Source of the DNA: Treponema sp.
GTDB lineage: Bacteria > Spirochaetota > Spirochaetia > Treponematales > Breznakiellaceae
Direction: 5' to 3'
DNA: 64,000 nt
NCBI GenBank assembly: GCA_031255645.1
Contig: JAIRSC010000090.1
Location: 10,927 to 74,926 of the forward strand
Shown: piece after piece, positions 26,913 to 37,236 of the stretch
How the letters are laid out: each line of letters starts with the position of its first letter
How positions within the stretch are numbered: position 1 is the stretch's first letter
Program-made: the position numbers and the translations under genes
The notes under the pieces: model-generated
Seen by the model: the letters and a program-made list of their open reading frames with translations, nothing else
Told to the model about the DNA's origin: nothing
Databases searched by the model: none

Positions 26913-28955
26913 TTATATCTGGCGGATTCCGTCTTTACCGCGGCCTCCGCTTCTGCCGCGTCCACGCCCGCCCTTCTTGGGCTTGGCGTCGGCGACTTTG
27001 GCCCTGCCGCGCCCGCTTTTCGCGGGTACAAGACCAGCGCTGCTGGCCGGTTCATCCGTATTAAGCATATCCAGATAGGCCTGGGCCGGCGCTACGACAT
27101 TGGAAGCGGGAGCGGGTTCCTCCGCGTCGGCGGCAAAAGACTGGGCGATGTCTTCCCTGACGGTGCTTCTGCGGCGGCTGAACGACGCGAACGCCGCGTC
27201 CTGGAAGCCCTTGGAAACACCGTGGAGGAATTCGTTGAGTACGTTGGCCATGCCGTTAAGGGTTACTTTTTTCCGTTTTAGGGAAGTAATATCCACATCA
27301 AGCAAGAGACCGGGCTGGATATGGTAGGGATTGATCATATAGTCAAATTTGTTAAATTCCCGTTCCAGTATCGCAAGCCTGTCCTCCATAACCCGCCTTT
27401 CCACAGGATAGCGGTAGTCGTACATGGCTTTCATTTTGTTCCGCATCAGAATAATCTTCTGATGCACTTTGTTTTTCTCGTAGACATAGGTACGGTTCAT
27501 CCGCTCGACCTCAGTCTCACCGGTCTTGATAAACGTAATCTCGTCCCATACCTTGGCAATATCCTCGTACATCGGGTCGCCGGTCTTGGCCTTGATTTCC
27601 TTGCGGATACGGTTCCTCTGCTTTTTGGCGAGGTCTTTGAAATCCGTTACCTTAAAGGCCGGTTTGCCGCCTTCGTAAATAACCTCAAGAACATCCCACA
27701 GATGGGCAACTTCGTTCTCGAAACTCTTCATCTGTACGTCGTAGGCCTTCCGCTCCTCAATAAGCTGGGCGGGATCATAGTAGCGCATTTTGACCGCGTA
27801 ACGTTCGTCGGGAAGCTGGGCGGCGTCGGTATCTTCATATTCCCGAATTATAAGCTCCCTGGCGTTTTTGAAGTTTTCGATATACTGGTAACCCATTTTA
27901 GAGGTATCAAGAATCGAAGTGATGGAATTAACCGCGGTATTGAAGCCCCTGGTCCGGATATTTTCAATATCGACGATCTTTTTAAGGTTTTCACGGACAT
28001 TGAGCTGGTCATATTCGGAAGGATCGATTTCCGCCCGCAATCCAACCAGACGATCCATAACGGTTTTGGAAATCACGTCGTAACGCCTGGACTTCGCGTC
28101 TTCCATATTGTCGTCGGTATATTTTTCGATTTTACTCATCTTGGTAAAGATGATTTCACTGTCGGTAAGTTCTTCAAGCCCCTGATCGATCCGCTGATCT
28201 TTAAGTTTCTCGACTTCTTTGTCGATGTTTTCGATGATGTGCTTGGAAAGCAGCTCTTTGATGAGGTACTCGACAGTAACCTGATAATGGTAAATGGGGC
28301 TGATAAGCTCCGCGTCCAGAATGTTAACCGAAAGCTTAACATCCGTAACGGTTTTCGGCTTGAACAAGCTGTCTTTGAAAGCGCATTTTACGATGGAATA
28401 GGCGTTTTCGCCCCGGATAAACGCGCCGGTATCGGTCTTTTGCCGCAAAATACTGTTGGTAAGGTTTTCGAGGTCGTTAACCCCCCTCTGGATATGCCCC
28501 TGAAGATGACCGTACATGTTAATCATCGACTTTTCAATTTCGCCGGTATTGAACTTGTCGGCCCCGCCGACTTCGTCGAGCAGATTGGCGATTTCCTTGG
28601 GGGTATACCTGGCCAGAACCTTGGTTTCTTCCTTGTCTACAAAATTTCGGACCTTTTTGACCATTTCATCTTCAGTCGTTACCATGTAACGGTTAAACAT
28701 GTTCTGGTAGTTCTGGTTTAAATAATTGTAGAGCTTTTCTTTAAGCCCGCCCATAATGTCGAGACGTTCAAGTACGTCTTTGGGCAGCTTCGCGTTGATA
28801 TGGTGGATTATCTTGTTGGTCTCTTCCTCCAGAAGCTGATTTACTTCAGCCTGTTGATCCCGGTAATCCTGGGCAAGAGAGTTTCGCGATCCGACCGCGC
28901 TCGGTTTTTCCGGGTGAAATACGTTAGGACTTTTGGGCAGGTCAATGGCTCCCAT
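26913..28955 (-). CDS. 680-aa cytoplasmic, charged, helix-rich protein; candidate cytoplasmic filament protein CfpA homolog
   Basis: No signal peptide or TM segment, and no enzyme motif seen. The length matches what I recall for treponemal CfpA (about 678 aa, 79 kDa). Strong promoter and RBS, and noticeably lower GC than neighbours. Homology not verified. Confidence 0.45.
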   Translation of the reverse strand: MGAIDLPKSPNVFHPEKPSAVGSRNSLAQDYRDQQAEVNQLLEEETNKIIHHINAKLPKDVLERLDIMGGLKEKLYNYLNQNYQNMFNRYMVTTEDEMVKKVRNFVDKEETKVLARYTPKEIANLLDEVGGADKFNTGEIEKSMINMYGHLQGHIQRGVNDLENLTNSILRQKTDTGAFIRGENAYSIVKCAFKDSLFKPKTVTDVKLSVNILDAELISPIYHYQVTVEYLIKELLSKHIIENIDKEVEKLKDQRIDQGLEELTDSEIIFTKMSKIEKYTDDNMEDAKSRRYDVISKTVMDRLVGLRAEIDPSEYDQLNVRENLKKIVDIENIRTRGFNTAVNSITSILDTSKMGYQYIENFKNARELIIREYEDTDAAQLPDERYAVKMRYYDPAQLIEERKAYDVQMKSFENEVAHLWDVLEVIYEGGKPAFKVTDFKDLAKKQRNRIRKEIKAKTGDPMYEDIAKVWDEITFIKTGETEVERMNRTYVYEKNKVHQKIILMRNKMKAMYDYRYPVERRVMEDRLAILEREFNKFDYMINPYHIQPGLLLDVDITSLKRKKVTLNGMANVLNEFLHGVSKGFQDAAFASFSRRRSTVREDIAQSFAADAEEPAPASNVVAPAQAYLDMLNTDEPASSAGLVPAKSGRGRAKVADAKPKKGGRGRGRSGGRGKDGIRQI

Positions 28956-29006
28956 GTTTTCCTTCCTTTTGATATAAAAATTTTGTAGACATAAATCTAG
29001 CTATAA

Positions 29007-29035
29007 ATAATATAGCCTGCCGGCAAATATGTCAA
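29007..29035 (-). promoter_or_regulatory. near-consensus sigma70 promoter of the CfpA-like gene
   Basis: Minus-strand reading is TTGACA-17 nt-TATTAT. AAGGAAGGA RBS lies before the ATG at 28955. Confidence 0.55.
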
Positions 29036-29118
29036 GACCTTATCTTGAATTTTCATTTTTTTATCGATAATATGACCCATACATGACTTATACGCGGATT
29101 TCGGCGTATTGCCGGGGC

Positions 29119-29148
29119 TTACGCTTAAAATGATAAGTTTGGTATAGT
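29119..29148 (+). promoter_or_regulatory. possible tRNA-Thr promoter
   Basis: TATAGT at 29143-29148 ends 8 nt before the tRNA 5' end. The -35 is weak (TTACGC, 18-nt spacer). Confidence 0.3.
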
Positions 29149-29156
29149 AAGATATC

Positions 29157-29229
29157 GCCAAAGTAGCTCAGTTGGCAGAGCGACACACTCGTAATGTGTA
29201 GGTCTGGAGTTCGATTCTCCACTTTGGCT
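29157..29229 (+). tRNA. tRNA-Thr (anticodon CGU)
   Basis: Hand-folded cloverleaf: acceptor GCCAAAG/CTTTGGC, D arm GCTC/GAGC, anticodon stem ACACA/TGTGT with loop CTCGTAA, T arm TGGAG-TTCGATT-CTCCA. 73 nt, CCA not encoded. Confidence 0.9.
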
Positions 29230-29302
29230 AAAAGGCTCCCAACGACGATTTTTTTGCTTTATTGACTTGAATAGTCAACTATTCTATGTTATTATATTAA
29301 GT

Positions 29303-29647
29303 ATGGAAGAAACGATTAACCAGCGAATAAAAAAGTTGAGAAAGGAACTCAAGCTTACCCAAAATGCTTTTTCCAGTATTATTACCATCTCGGCGGGGCA
29401 GCTTGCCTGTATCGAGACCGAAAAGCGTATTGTAAACGATCGTACCGTTAAGCTTATCTGCGATTCCTTTAACGCGAATGACAAGTGGCTGAAAACCGGC
29501 GAGGGCCCCATGTTTACCGAAGACAAAGACACAAAGTACACCAAACTGGTAGCCCTTTACGACATCCTCGACCCCAAGTATCAAGGGTACATCCTTAACT
29601 CGATCAACTACTTTTTAAAGCTGCAGGATGAAGAAAACGGAGCGTAA
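29303..29647 (+). CDS. XRE-family helix-turn-helix transcriptional regulator
   Basis: Start taken at MEETINQRIKKLRKELKLTQNAFS..., a typical HTH_3/XRE N-terminus. AT-rich gene immediately 3' of the tRNA. Confidence 0.7.
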   Translation: MEETINQRIKKLRKELKLTQNAFSSIITISAGQLACIETEKRIVNDRTVKLICDSFNANDKWLKTGEGPMFTEDKDTKYTKLVALYDILDPKYQGYILNSINYFLKLQDEENGA

Positions 29648-29713
29648 GGCTGTTCCGGGAATTCAGCTTGTGGAGAGACAGGTTCCGCTTGTCCGGCTTC
29701 CCTGAACATGGAT

Positions 29714-29756
29714 GTTTCATGTATCTTAAATCTGCGGGATTTAAGATACATGAAAC
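29714..29756. repeat. perfect 19-bp inverted repeat with 5-nt loop (AT-rich hairpin) between convergent genes
   Basis: GTTTCATGTATCTTAAATC-TGCGG-GATTTAAGATACATGAAAC. No flanking U-tract. Confidence 0.6.
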
Positions 29757-29909
29757 TCCGGAGCCGGCAAAACCGGCGTTTCGTTCCCGGCAGCTCCACG
29801 GCCAACAGCGCCCTGAAACCGGCTCATATTGTGTTTTTTAAAGCCGCGATGTTGTTGGGGTATTCCGAGGGTCAAAAACGGCAGGCAAAACGGTAACCCC
29901 GCCCGTGAA

Positions 29910-30116
29910 TCAGGAGGCGGCCGCTCCGCCGGAAGCCGGAAGGCTTTTTTTGCCGTGGGCCACGGCCGCTTTACATGTTTTGCAGACATTGACCTTCGTT
30001 CCGTCCGATTCCAGTTCGTAAAGCGTTTTTACGTTACCGCGTTTACAGACGGGACATTCGCCCCTGCCGTGAGAGACCAGTTCGCGTATTCCTTTTCCTC
30101 TATGAGCTTTCGACAT
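29910..30116 (-). CDS. 68-aa basic zinc-ribbon protein, last gene of the alpha operon
   Basis: MSKAHRGKGIRELVSHGRGECPVCKRG...VCKTCKAAV has two CxxC pairs. Starts 9 nt after the rplQ stop, with GGGGAAAGG upstream. Confidence 0.5.
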   Translation of the reverse strand: MSKAHRGKGIRELVSHGRGECPVCKRGNVKTLYELESDGTKVNVCKTCKAAVAHGKKSLPASGGAAAS

Positions 30117-30125
30117 GCCTTTCCC

Positions 30126-30620
30126 CTACTCCGCTTTCGCGGGTTTCTTTTTGGAATCCTTGTTCCCTTTCGAGTTTTCTTTCTTTTCTTCCGCGGCCGC
30201 TTTCTTCCTGGCGGCTTTTTCCGCTTTTTTGGCCTTTTTTTCTTCCGCCTCGCCGGTTATAAGAACATAATCCACAAGCTCCAAGATCACCATTTCCGAA
30301 GCGTCCCCGGGCCGACGGCCCAGTTTGATAATGCGGGTATAGCCGCCGGGCCTGTCTTTCATTCTGGGCGCGATGACGGTAAAGAGCTTCGCCGCCACGC
30401 CTTCGTCATAGAGGCGGCTTGAAACGATACGCCGGTTATGAACCGAATCGATCTTCGCCCGGGTAATCAGTTTTTCCGCGCTGCGCCGCACGGCCAGGGC
30501 TTTTGCCCTGGTCGTACTTATCCGTTCTTCCCTGAAAAAGGACGTAACCATGTTCCTGAGCAGGGCTTTCCTGTGGGCGGACATCCTTTCAAGGGGATTA
30601 AAGCCTCTTCTATGCTTCAT
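30126..30620 (-). CDS. rplQ: 50S ribosomal protein bL17 with K/A/E-rich C-terminal tail
   Basis: Start taken at [24 protein letters not shown] (canonical L17 N-terminus). Follows rpoA. Confidence 0.85.
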   Translation of the reverse strand: MKHRRGFNPLERMSAHRKALLRNMVTSFFREERISTTRAKALAVRRSAEKLITRAKIDSVHNRRIVSSRLYDEGVAAKLFTVIAPRMKDRPGGYTRIIKLGRRPGDASEMVILELVDYVLITGEAEEKKAKKAEKAARKKAAAEEKKENSKGNKDSKKKPAKAE

Positions 30621-31668
30621 CTTCTTCTTCCTTTTGCTGAGGGGCGGCCCAAACGGCGTTTCTGAGAACATTGCTGTCCGTTATCCCCAGGCCCAGATTC
30701 CACTCCTTAAGCTTTTCTTTTATCTCCTGGAGGGATTTCTTTCCGAAATTCCTGGTTTTGGCGATATCGTCTTCCGTTTTCCGGGTAAGCTCCCCGATAG
30801 TCTTGATGTTCGCGTTTTTCAGGCAATTGGAGGAACGCACCGACAGTTCCAGTTCCTCTACCGGAATATTGAGTATCTGCCTGATTCTGTCGTCGTCCGG
30901 GTCGTCTTCGAGATCGGAACCAAGGCCGTTTTCGTCAAAATTGATAAACACCGAAAAATGATCCTTGGCGATTTTGGCGGCTTCCGCGAGCGCGTCGTCG
31001 GGCTTAATCGTTCCGTCCGTCCAGACCTCAAGCACAAGCTTGTCATAGTCGCTTCGCTGTCCTACCCGGGTCGATTCAACGGCGTACTTTACCTTTTTTA
31101 CCGGAGAAAAAATCGCGTCCAAAGGTATCGTACCGATTACGTCAACATAACGATCGTTTACCTCGCTGGGCACATAACCCCTGCCAAGGTCGATCTGTAC
31201 CTCAAATTCAAGCCGGGCGTTATCCATCAGCGTCATCACGTGCTGTCCCTGGCTTAAAACCTCCAGCTGGCCTTCTTTTTCAAAATCGTCGCTTTTTACT
31301 TCGCGTTTGCCGGACCATTCGTAAAAAAGCACGTTCTGTTCCGTGTCTTCGGGAAGCCGCAGGCGCATTTGCTTGAGGTGGTTAATGACCTCAAGGGTAT
31401 CTTCTACGATATTGGGAATTGTCTCAAACTCGCTTGAAACCGTATGGGCGTTCCCGTCCGCGTCATAACTGGTAATCTTGACCGCGGTAATCGCGTAACC
31501 CTGTATCGAAGAAAGCAAGACACGCCGCAAGGTATTACCCACGGTTGTGCCGAATCCGGGCTCAAAGGGAGCTGCGGTAAATCTTCCGTAATTCGGTTTA
31601 AGTTCACCGTGCTCAAAGGTAATACCCTTGGGACGTTTGAACCCTTTTAGAAGATTTTTACGGGCCAT
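30610..31668 (-). CDS. rpoA: DNA-directed RNA polymerase subunit alpha
   Basis: 352 aa. [19 protein letters not shown] and C-terminal [23 protein letters not shown] are diagnostic. Confidence 0.95.
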   Translation of the reverse strand: MARKNLLKGFKRPKGITFEHGELKPNYGRFTAAPFEPGFGTTVGNTLRRVLLSSIQGYAITAVKITSYDADGNAHTVSSEFETIPNIVEDTLEVINHLKQMRLRLPEDTEQNVLFYEWSGKREVKSDDFEKEGQLEVLSQGQHVMTLMDNARLEFEVQIDLGRGYVPSEVNDRYVDVIGTIPLDAIFSPVKKVKYAVESTRVGQRSDYDKLVLEVWTDGTIKPDDALAEAAKIAKDHFSVFINFDENGLGSDLEDDPDDDRIRQILNIPVEELELSVRSSNCLKNANIKTIGELTRKTEDDIAKTRNFGKKSLQEIKEKLKEWNLGLGITDSNVLRNAVWAAPQQKEEEDEA

Positions 31669-31677
31669 GGGGCCTCC

Positions 31678-32313
31678 TTACTTAGAATAATATTCGACGA
31701 TCATCTGTTCCTTGATATCCGCGAGATCGGTAATATCGCTCCGCCGTGGAGAGGCAAGGAACTTTCCCTTCATGGTATCCGGATCCAGATGAAGCCAGGG
31801 CATTACCCCCGATTTGCCGAATTCCTTGAGGGACTCTTTTATTACCACAAGGCCCTTGCTGCTTTCTTTTATCGTTATTTCGTCTTCGGGCCGTACCAGA
31901 TAGGACGGGATGTTCACCCGCCTGCCGTTTACCGTAACATGACCGTGAAGCACAAACTGCCGGGCCTGGCTGCGGCTCGACGCGAAGCGCAGACGGTAAA
32001 CCACATTGTCAAGCCTGCGTTCCAGAAGGATAAAAAGATTTTCGCCGGTAATGCCGGGCATGCGCAGGGCCCGTTCAAAGAAAAGGCTGAACTGCTTTTC
32101 CTGCATGCCGTAGATCCGGCGGAGTTTCTGCTTTTCCCTGAGCTGTACGCCGTAATCGCTTCTTTTGCCGGGCCTGCCCTTGGGATCTTTCCCCGGAGCG
32201 GAACGCTTCTTGTTTATCGGGCACTTGTCGCTCTTGCACCGGTCACCCTTGAGCATAAGCTTTTTCTGTTCCGCCCGGCAAAGGCGGCAGGCCGGCCCGG
32301 TATATCTTGCCAT
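31678..32313 (-). CDS. rpsD: 30S ribosomal protein uS4
   Basis: MARYTGPACRLCRAE... plus an S4 domain; operon position. Confidence 0.95.
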   Translation of the reverse strand: MARYTGPACRLCRAEQKKLMLKGDRCKSDKCPINKKRSAPGKDPKGRPGKRSDYGVQLREKQKLRRIYGMQEKQFSLFFERALRMPGITGENLFILLERRLDNVVYRLRFASSRSQARQFVLHGHVTVNGRRVNIPSYLVRPEDEITIKESSKGLVVIKESLKEFGKSGVMPWLHLDPDTMKGKFLASPRRSDITDLADIKEQMIVEYYSK

Positions 32314-32333
32314 CTTTTCTTCCCCTTATAAAG

Positions 32334-32717
32334 TTAAATACGGCGGGTCTTGCGCGGCCTGCAGCCGTTATGCGGGATGGGGGTAACATCGTTGATCGAT
32401 TTTACCTTTATGCCGAGTACGCCAAGCTGGCGAATCGCCGATTCGCGGCCTATACCCGGCCCCTTTACATACACATGAACTTCCCGCAGGCCTACCTGAA
32501 GCGCCGTTTGGGCCGCGGTTTCGGTAACCGTTTGGGCCGCGAAGGGAGTGGACTTTTTCGCTCCCCGGAACTGCAGACCGCCGGAACTCGCCCAGGATAT
32601 CGCGTTACCCATAAGATCCGTTATGGTTACAATCGTATTGTTGAACGTAGCCTGAATATAGACGTTCCCTTCATAAACCGACTTTTTTTCTTTGCGCTTC
32701 TTAGTAGTAGCAGCCAC
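32334..32717 (-). CDS. rpsK: 30S ribosomal protein uS11
   Basis: GTG start after [21 protein letters not shown] and [11 protein letters not shown] are S11 blocks. Confidence 0.95.
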   Translation of the reverse strand: MAATTKKRKEKKSVYEGNVYIQATFNNTIVTITDLMGNAISWASSGGLQFRGAKKSTPFAAQTVTETAAQTALQVGLREVHVYVKGPGIGRESAIRQLGVLGIKVKSINDVTPIPHNGCRPRKTRRI

Positions 32718-32834
32718 AGCTCCTCCAAAAATTTATTCACAGGCGGCTTTACCGCCCTCCGAAATCTCCGCCGGCGGCGGAAACCGAAGTTCTATTACCA
32801 AACGGAAACGTTCCGTGTTTCCGCAAAAACAGCG

Positions 32835-33200
32835 TTATTTCTTCTTTCCGGCAACGGTCTTCTTCTTGCCCTTGCGGGTACGGGCGTTGGTTCTGGTCCT
32901 CTGCCCCCGCAGCGGAAGGCCTTTACGATGCCGAAGCCCCCGGTAACAGCCGATATCCTTAAGGCGCTTTATATTCAGGGCGATTTCGGTCCTGAGGCGG
33001 CCTTCCACTTTATAGTCGTTCTCTATAAGCTGGCGGAGAACGTTCAGTTCTTCCGTGGAAAGGTCGTTAATACGCCGCATCGGATCGATCTTTGCCTTTT
33101 GACAAATCTCGTCCGCGCTGGCCCTGCCCAGTCCAAAAACATAGGTCAGGGCTATATTTACGTGTTTGTTGGGGAGGTCAATTCCCGCTATACGCGCCAT
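32835..33200 (-). CDS. rpsM: 30S ribosomal protein uS13
   Basis: [25 protein letters not shown] is the canonical S13 start. Confidence 0.95.
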   Translation of the reverse strand: MARIAGIDLPNKHVNIALTYVFGLGRASADEICQKAKIDPMRRINDLSTEELNVLRQLIENDYKVEGRLRTEIALNIKRLKDIGCYRGLRHRKGLPLRGQRTRTNARTRKGKKKTVAGKKK

Positions 33201-33208
33201 TTTTTCTC

Positions 33209-33322
33209 CTAACCCTGCTTCTGCTTATGCTTGGGATTCTGGCAAACGATACGGACAATGCCGTTCCGCTTGATAACCTTGCATTTGTCACAGATCGGTT
33301 TAACGCTCGTCCGGACTTTCAT
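33209..33322 (-). CDS. rpmJ: 50S ribosomal protein bL36
   Basis: [37 protein letters not shown] (37 aa) is the 3' part of tracked ORF 33209..33469. AAGGAG lies upstream of this ATG. Confidence 0.9.
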   Translation of the reverse strand: MKVRTSVKPICDKCKVIKRNGIVRIVCQNPKHKQKQG

Positions 33323-33506
33323 TCTCGTTACTCCTTTACAAATCTTTCCAAACCCGAAGATTTGAAAAATCCACACTAAAACGACGCCGAAAACGCCCGA
33401 ATGTGTTCTCAGCACGTTTTTAAAATTCCATTTAAGCGGATTTTCGCCGATACGTCTACAGGGCGGCATCCCCGGATTAACGCCCCGAATACAAAATCCG
33501 CCGTTC

Positions 33507-34838
33507 CTACAGATTCCTCCCCCTCAGGCGGCCCTTTTTCGTCAAGCCCTCGTGGTGGTGCATCTTGAGGAGGCTTTCCACCTGGCTCATCGTGTCCAGA
33601 TCCACTCCCACGAGGATCAAAAGCGACGTCCCTCCCATAAGATACGAAATGGAAGAGGGAAACTTGAAGGCCCACTGAATAAACGTGGGGATTACCGCGA
33701 TAAACGCGAGGTATATCGAACCGGGCAGTACGATACGGTTAAGTATCTTCGTAAGGTATTCCTCGATACGATCCGTCCGTATTCCCGGTATCGATCCCCC
33801 GTTTTCCCTGATATTCTTGGCTATTTCTATCGGATTAAGGCTTACCTGGGTATAAAAATACGCGAAAAACACAATCAGCAGAACATAGAGGATATTGTAA
33901 AGCCAGCCCTGGGGGCTAAGAGCCCTGGAAACCGCCGCGAGCCAGGCGACGTTCTGCCCGATGGTCTGGGCTATCTGGAGGGGAAAGGTAAGGATCGACG
34001 ACGCGAAGATTACCGGAATAACCCCCGACGGGTTTATTTTAAACGGTATATAGGTGTTTTGCGCCCCGTACATCCGCCTTCCGACAATCCGTTTCGCGTA
34101 ATGAACGGAGATCTTCCGCTGCCCCTGCTGTTCAAACACGACCAGCGCGACGACGGCCACAAACATTATAAACACGACGGCGACAAACACCGGGTTAAGC
34201 GTACCGTTGACAACCCTGCCGCCCAGTTCCCACAGGGCCTGGGGAAGCCGCGCGACAATGCCCGCGAAAATCAACAGCGATATTCCGTTCCCGATTCCCC
34301 GCCGGGTTATCTGTTCGCCCAGCCACATAAGGAACATGGTACCGGTCGTAACGGTAAGCATCGCCAAAATGGAAAAGAACAAGAAATTCTGAATCGTGAA
34401 AAAATCGGCTACTTCCCGGCTAATGCCCTGGGCATAGCGGGTAATCGCGAAGGACTGGATAAGGCAGACCACCACGGTGCCCATGCGCTGATAGCTCTGG
34501 ATTTTTTTTCTGCCGCCCTCTTCCTGTGAAATCTTTTTCAGGCTGGGAAACACGATGATAAGCAGCTGCATGATGATCGACATCGAAATGTAGGGCATAA
34601 TCCCCAGCATAAACACCGAAAAATTGGAAAACGCGCCGCCCGCGAAAAAGTCGAGATAATCTACTATCGGATTACCGGTATTTTGCTGGGAAAGGAAGTA
34701 ATCGGTAAGCGCCTGGACGTTTATCCCCGGTATGGGAAGCACCGCCCCAATGCGGAATACGAGGAGGAGAAGGATCGTGTAAACGATTCGTTCCCGCAGT
34801 TCCTTGACCCTGAAAATACCGACCAGAGAATTTGCCAT
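33507..34838 (-). CDS. secY: preprotein translocase subunit SecY
   Basis: 443 aa with 10 TM segments. [15 protein letters not shown] and [16 protein letters not shown] blocks. Confidence 0.95.
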   Translation of the reverse strand: MANSLVGIFRVKELRERIVYTILLLLVFRIGAVLPIPGINVQALTDYFLSQQNTGNPIVDYLDFFAGGAFSNFSVFMLGIMPYISMSIIMQLLIIVFPSLKKISQEEGGRKKIQSYQRMGTVVVCLIQSFAITRYAQGISREVADFFTIQNFLFFSILAMLTVTTGTMFLMWLGEQITRRGIGNGISLLIFAGIVARLPQALWELGGRVVNGTLNPVFVAVVFIMFVAVVALVVFEQQGQRKISVHYAKRIVGRRMYGAQNTYIPFKINPSGVIPVIFASSILTFPLQIAQTIGQNVAWLAAVSRALSPQGWLYNILYVLLIVFFAYFYTQVSLNPIEIAKNIRENGGSIPGIRTDRIEEYLTKILNRIVLPGSIYLAFIAVIPTFIQWAFKFPSSISYLMGGTSLLILVGVDLDTMSQVESLLKMHHHEGLTKKGRLRGRNL

Positions 34839-34841
34839 CTG

Positions 34842-35405
34842 CTATTCCTGTTCCTTTTTTTCGGGAACGGCTTTTTCCGCCTTCCCGGACGATGCCGCCG
34901 GTTTTTCGGTTGTTGGTTTTCCGGTCTTCGGCTTTCCGCCTTTCGCTTTTCCCTTTTTCGGCTTTTCCGTCACCGTAACCGTTCCGCCGGCTTTTTCGAT
35001 CTTTTCCCTGGCCGCCGCGGAAATCGCGTCAACCTTAACATCAAACTTTTTGCTTATATTCCCAACGGCAAGCACCTTTACCGGGCCCCCCTTGGAAAGC
35101 CCCCTGACGGCAAGAGAAGCCGTATCGACGACTTCCCCGTCGGCAAAAGACGCCTCTATCTGTTTAAGGTTTATAACCCGGTATTCTTTCTTAAAAGGAT
35201 AATTTGAAAAGCCACGGCGGGCAAGACGCCGGTACAGGGGCATCTGGCCGCCTTCAAAACCCACATAGGTTTTTCCGCCGGAACGGGCCTGCTGTCCCTT
35301 GTTGCCTTTTCCCGCCGTCGTGCCCCTGCCGGAACCCTGACCGCGGCCGATAATACGCTTCTTTTTATTGGCGCCCGCGGGGGCGTGTAAATCATAATCC
35401 TGCAT
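34842..35405 (-). CDS. rplO: 50S ribosomal protein uL15 with K/P/G-rich C-terminal extension
   Basis: GRGQGSGRGTTAGKGNKGQQARSG is an L15 block; operon position. Confidence 0.9.
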   Translation of the reverse strand: MQDYDLHAPAGANKKKRIIGRGQGSGRGTTAGKGNKGQQARSGGKTYVGFEGGQMPLYRRLARRGFSNYPFKKEYRVINLKQIEASFADGEVVDTASLAVRGLSKGGPVKVLAVGNISKKFDVKVDAISAAAREKIEKAGGTVTVTEKPKKGKAKGGKPKTGKPTTEKPAASSGKAEKAVPEKKEQE

Positions 35406-35442
35406 TCATCTTCTCCTCAAACAAAGATGGAACTCCGCCGCC

Positions 35443-35631
35443 CTAATCCTGTATATCTTCAACGCTGACAAGATGGGAAACAACCTTAACCATCCCCAAA
35501 ACCGCCGCCGACGCTTCCTGTACCGTGCTGGAACCGATTTTCCGCAGGCCCAGGGAACGAACCGTCGCGCGCTGGTTGGGCTTGGTTCCAATGACGCTGC
35601 GGACAAGTTTTATCCGAATCTTCCGTCCCAT
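35443..35631 (-). CDS. rpmD: 50S ribosomal protein uL30
   Basis: 62 aa. [28 protein letters not shown]. Confidence 0.9.
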   Translation of the reverse strand: MGRKIRIKLVRSVIGTKPNQRATVRSLGLRKIGSSTVQEASAAVLGMVKVVSHLVSVEDIQD

Positions 35632-35634
35632 GCT

Positions 35635-36171
35635 TTAACCCCACAATTCTTTAAGGGATTTGCCCCTGCTTTTCGCCAGAGCTTTGGCGTCCAGAAGGCG
35701 GCTTATCCCTTCAAACGTAGCCTTGACCACGTTGTACTGGCTTGAAGCCCCTATGGACTTTGAAAGCACGTCGGTAACGCCGCCGGCTTCCATAATCGCC
35801 CGGACGGGGCCTCCGGCGATAATCCCCGTACCGGAACAGGCCGGTTTAAGGTGAACCCTGGAGGCCTTGAACATACCCTGGATTTCGTGGGGAATGGTCC
35901 CGTTTTTGATCGGCAGTTTTATCAGGCTGCGTTTCGCCTTGTCTATGCTTTTTCTAATCGCCTCCGACACGTCGTTCGCCTTCCCGAAACCGTAGCCGAC
36001 TCTGCCTTTCCTGTCCCCAACAACGGTAAGGGCGGAAAAGGAAAAACGCCGCCCGCCTTTAACGACCTTGGCGGTACGGTTCAGTTTTACAAGTTTTTCG
36101 ACAAATTCCTTGTCTTTTTCCTGATTCCTGTCCCGGTCTCTATCCCGGCGACCTTCCCTCGAATGTTCCAT
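35635..36171 (-). CDS. rpsE: 30S ribosomal protein uS5 (RD/E-rich N-terminal extension)
   Basis: [26 protein letters not shown] is the S5 dsRBD block. Confidence 0.95.
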   Translation of the reverse strand: MEHSREGRRDRDRDRNQEKDKEFVEKLVKLNRTAKVVKGGRRFSFSALTVVGDRKGRVGYGFGKANDVSEAIRKSIDKAKRSLIKLPIKNGTIPHEIQGMFKASRVHLKPACSGTGIIAGGPVRAIMEAGGVTDVLSKSIGASSQYNVVKATFEGISRLLDAKALAKSRGKSLKELWG

Positions 36172-36181
36172 TCAGCCCCCC

Positions 36182-36305
36182 GGGACACGACAAAAACCTG
36201 ACGTGTTTTGTCGTATCCCCGTTATTTTTCTCATTTTTCGCGGAAAAAACCGCGAAAAATCCATGTTAAAGCAAACCAATACCGAAAACGCGAGCGGGCG
36301 TTTTC
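36182..36305 (-). other. three consecutive hairpins filling the 144-nt rplR-rpsE spacer
   Basis: Hairpin 36182-36219: 14-bp stem with 1 mismatch. Hairpin 36234-36259: TTTTTCGCGG-A6-CCGCGAAAAA. Hairpin 36284-36305: GAAAACGC-GAGCGG-GCGTTTTC. Confidence 0.5.
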
Positions 36306-36315
36306 CGGCATTATC

Positions 36316-36678
36316 CTAAAACCGCAGCCCGGCTTTCCGGGCGCCGTCGGCCATTGCCTTTACCAGGCCGTGATACAAGTATCCGTTTCTGTCAAAGACT
36401 ACCGTGGTAATGTTCTTTTCAAGAAGCCGTTTCCCCATAATTTCACCGAGTTGGGCCGCGCCGGCGGCGGTCGCCTTGATTCCCCGCAGATCCTTTTCCA
36501 GCGTGGAAGCCGAGGCCAGGGTCCGGCCTTTTTCATCGTCGATGACCTGCATGTAAAGCGCCCTGTTGCTCCGCGTAACGCTGAGCCTCGGTTTTTGCGC
36601 GGTACCGCTTATGTACTTGCGGATATGAATCTTCCGTTTTTGCCGTTTCCGGTTTTTATCCAACATTTTACGCAGCAT
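36316..36678 (-). CDS. rplR: 50S ribosomal protein uL18
   Basis: 120 aa. [18 protein letters not shown] and [26 protein letters not shown]. Confidence 0.95.
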   Translation of the reverse strand: MLRKMLDKNRKRQKRKIHIRKYISGTAQKPRLSVTRSNRALYMQVIDDEKGRTLASASTLEKDLRGIKATAAGAAQLGEIMGKRLLEKNITTVVFDRNGYLYHGLVKAMADGARKAGLRF

Positions 36679-36688
36679 ATCTACTCAC

Positions 36689-37225
36689 CTATTTAACGCC
36701 GGATTTGCCGACTTTCCTTCTTATCCGCTCGTCCTCATAGCGGATACCCTTGCCTTTGTAGGGTTCCGGGGCGCGGAGCCTGCGGACCTGGGACGCGAAT
36801 TCCCCGACCTTCTGCTTGTCTATGCCGGTAATTGTTACCTTGCCGGCCTCGGCGGTTACGGCAAGACCGTCGGGAATGCCCACGTAAATGTCGTTGGAAT
36901 AGCCAAGGCTCATTACAAGGAGTTTTTCCTGTACTTCGGCCCGGTACCCTACGCCGTTTATGATCAAAACCCTGGTAAAGCCCGAAGAAACCCCCGTAAC
37001 CATGTTGTTAAGAAGATTGCGGTACAGGCCGTGAAACGCCTTTGTCTGCTTTTCCTCGTTCGCGCGGCCGACGTTAATCTCCCCGTCCTTTTCCTCAAAG
37101 CTGATAACCGGATGGTATTTTTGGCTAAGCGTTCCCTTTGGGCCTTCCACGGTAATCAGATCGTTCTGAAAATTCACCTTGACGCCCTGGGGCAGCTTGA
37201 CCGGTATTTTTCCGATACGCGACAT
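36689..37225 (-). CDS. rplF: 50S ribosomal protein uL6
   Basis: Start taken at [15 protein letters not shown] (canonical). Confidence 0.95.
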   Translation of the reverse strand: MSRIGKIPVKLPQGVKVNFQNDLITVEGPKGTLSQKYHPVISFEEKDGEINVGRANEEKQTKAFHGLYRNLLNNMVTGVSSGFTRVLIINGVGYRAEVQEKLLVMSLGYSNDIYVGIPDGLAVTAEAGKVTITGIDKQKVGEFASQVRRLRAPEPYKGKGIRYEDERIRRKVGKSGVK

Positions 37226-37236
37226 CTTTTCTTCCT

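Noticed and set aside
27321-28721. 466-aa plus-strand ORF opposite the CfpA-like gene.
   Set aside because: Its hydrophobic, degenerate composition is typical of the antisense frame. The minus-strand ORF has the promoter, RBS and a full-length open frame.
29157-29909. Integrated prophage or genomic island at tRNA-Thr.
   Set aside because: There is no integrase, no phage genes, and no visible direct repeat of the tRNA 3' end. Only about 0.7 kb of atypical DNA is present. It is kept as a low-interest 'possible scar' finding.
33209-33469. 86-aa form of the L36 ORF (N-terminally extended).
   Set aside because: The conserved L36 sequence starts at the internal MKVRTSVKP, which has its own AAGGAG. 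The 49-codon extension has no homolog-like features.
36172-36262. 30-codon mini-ORF in the rplR-rpsE spacer ending TGA-ATG at rpsE.
   Set aside because: It has no Shine-Dalgarno sequence and reads through two hairpins. It is mentioned in the spacer finding but not called as a gene.
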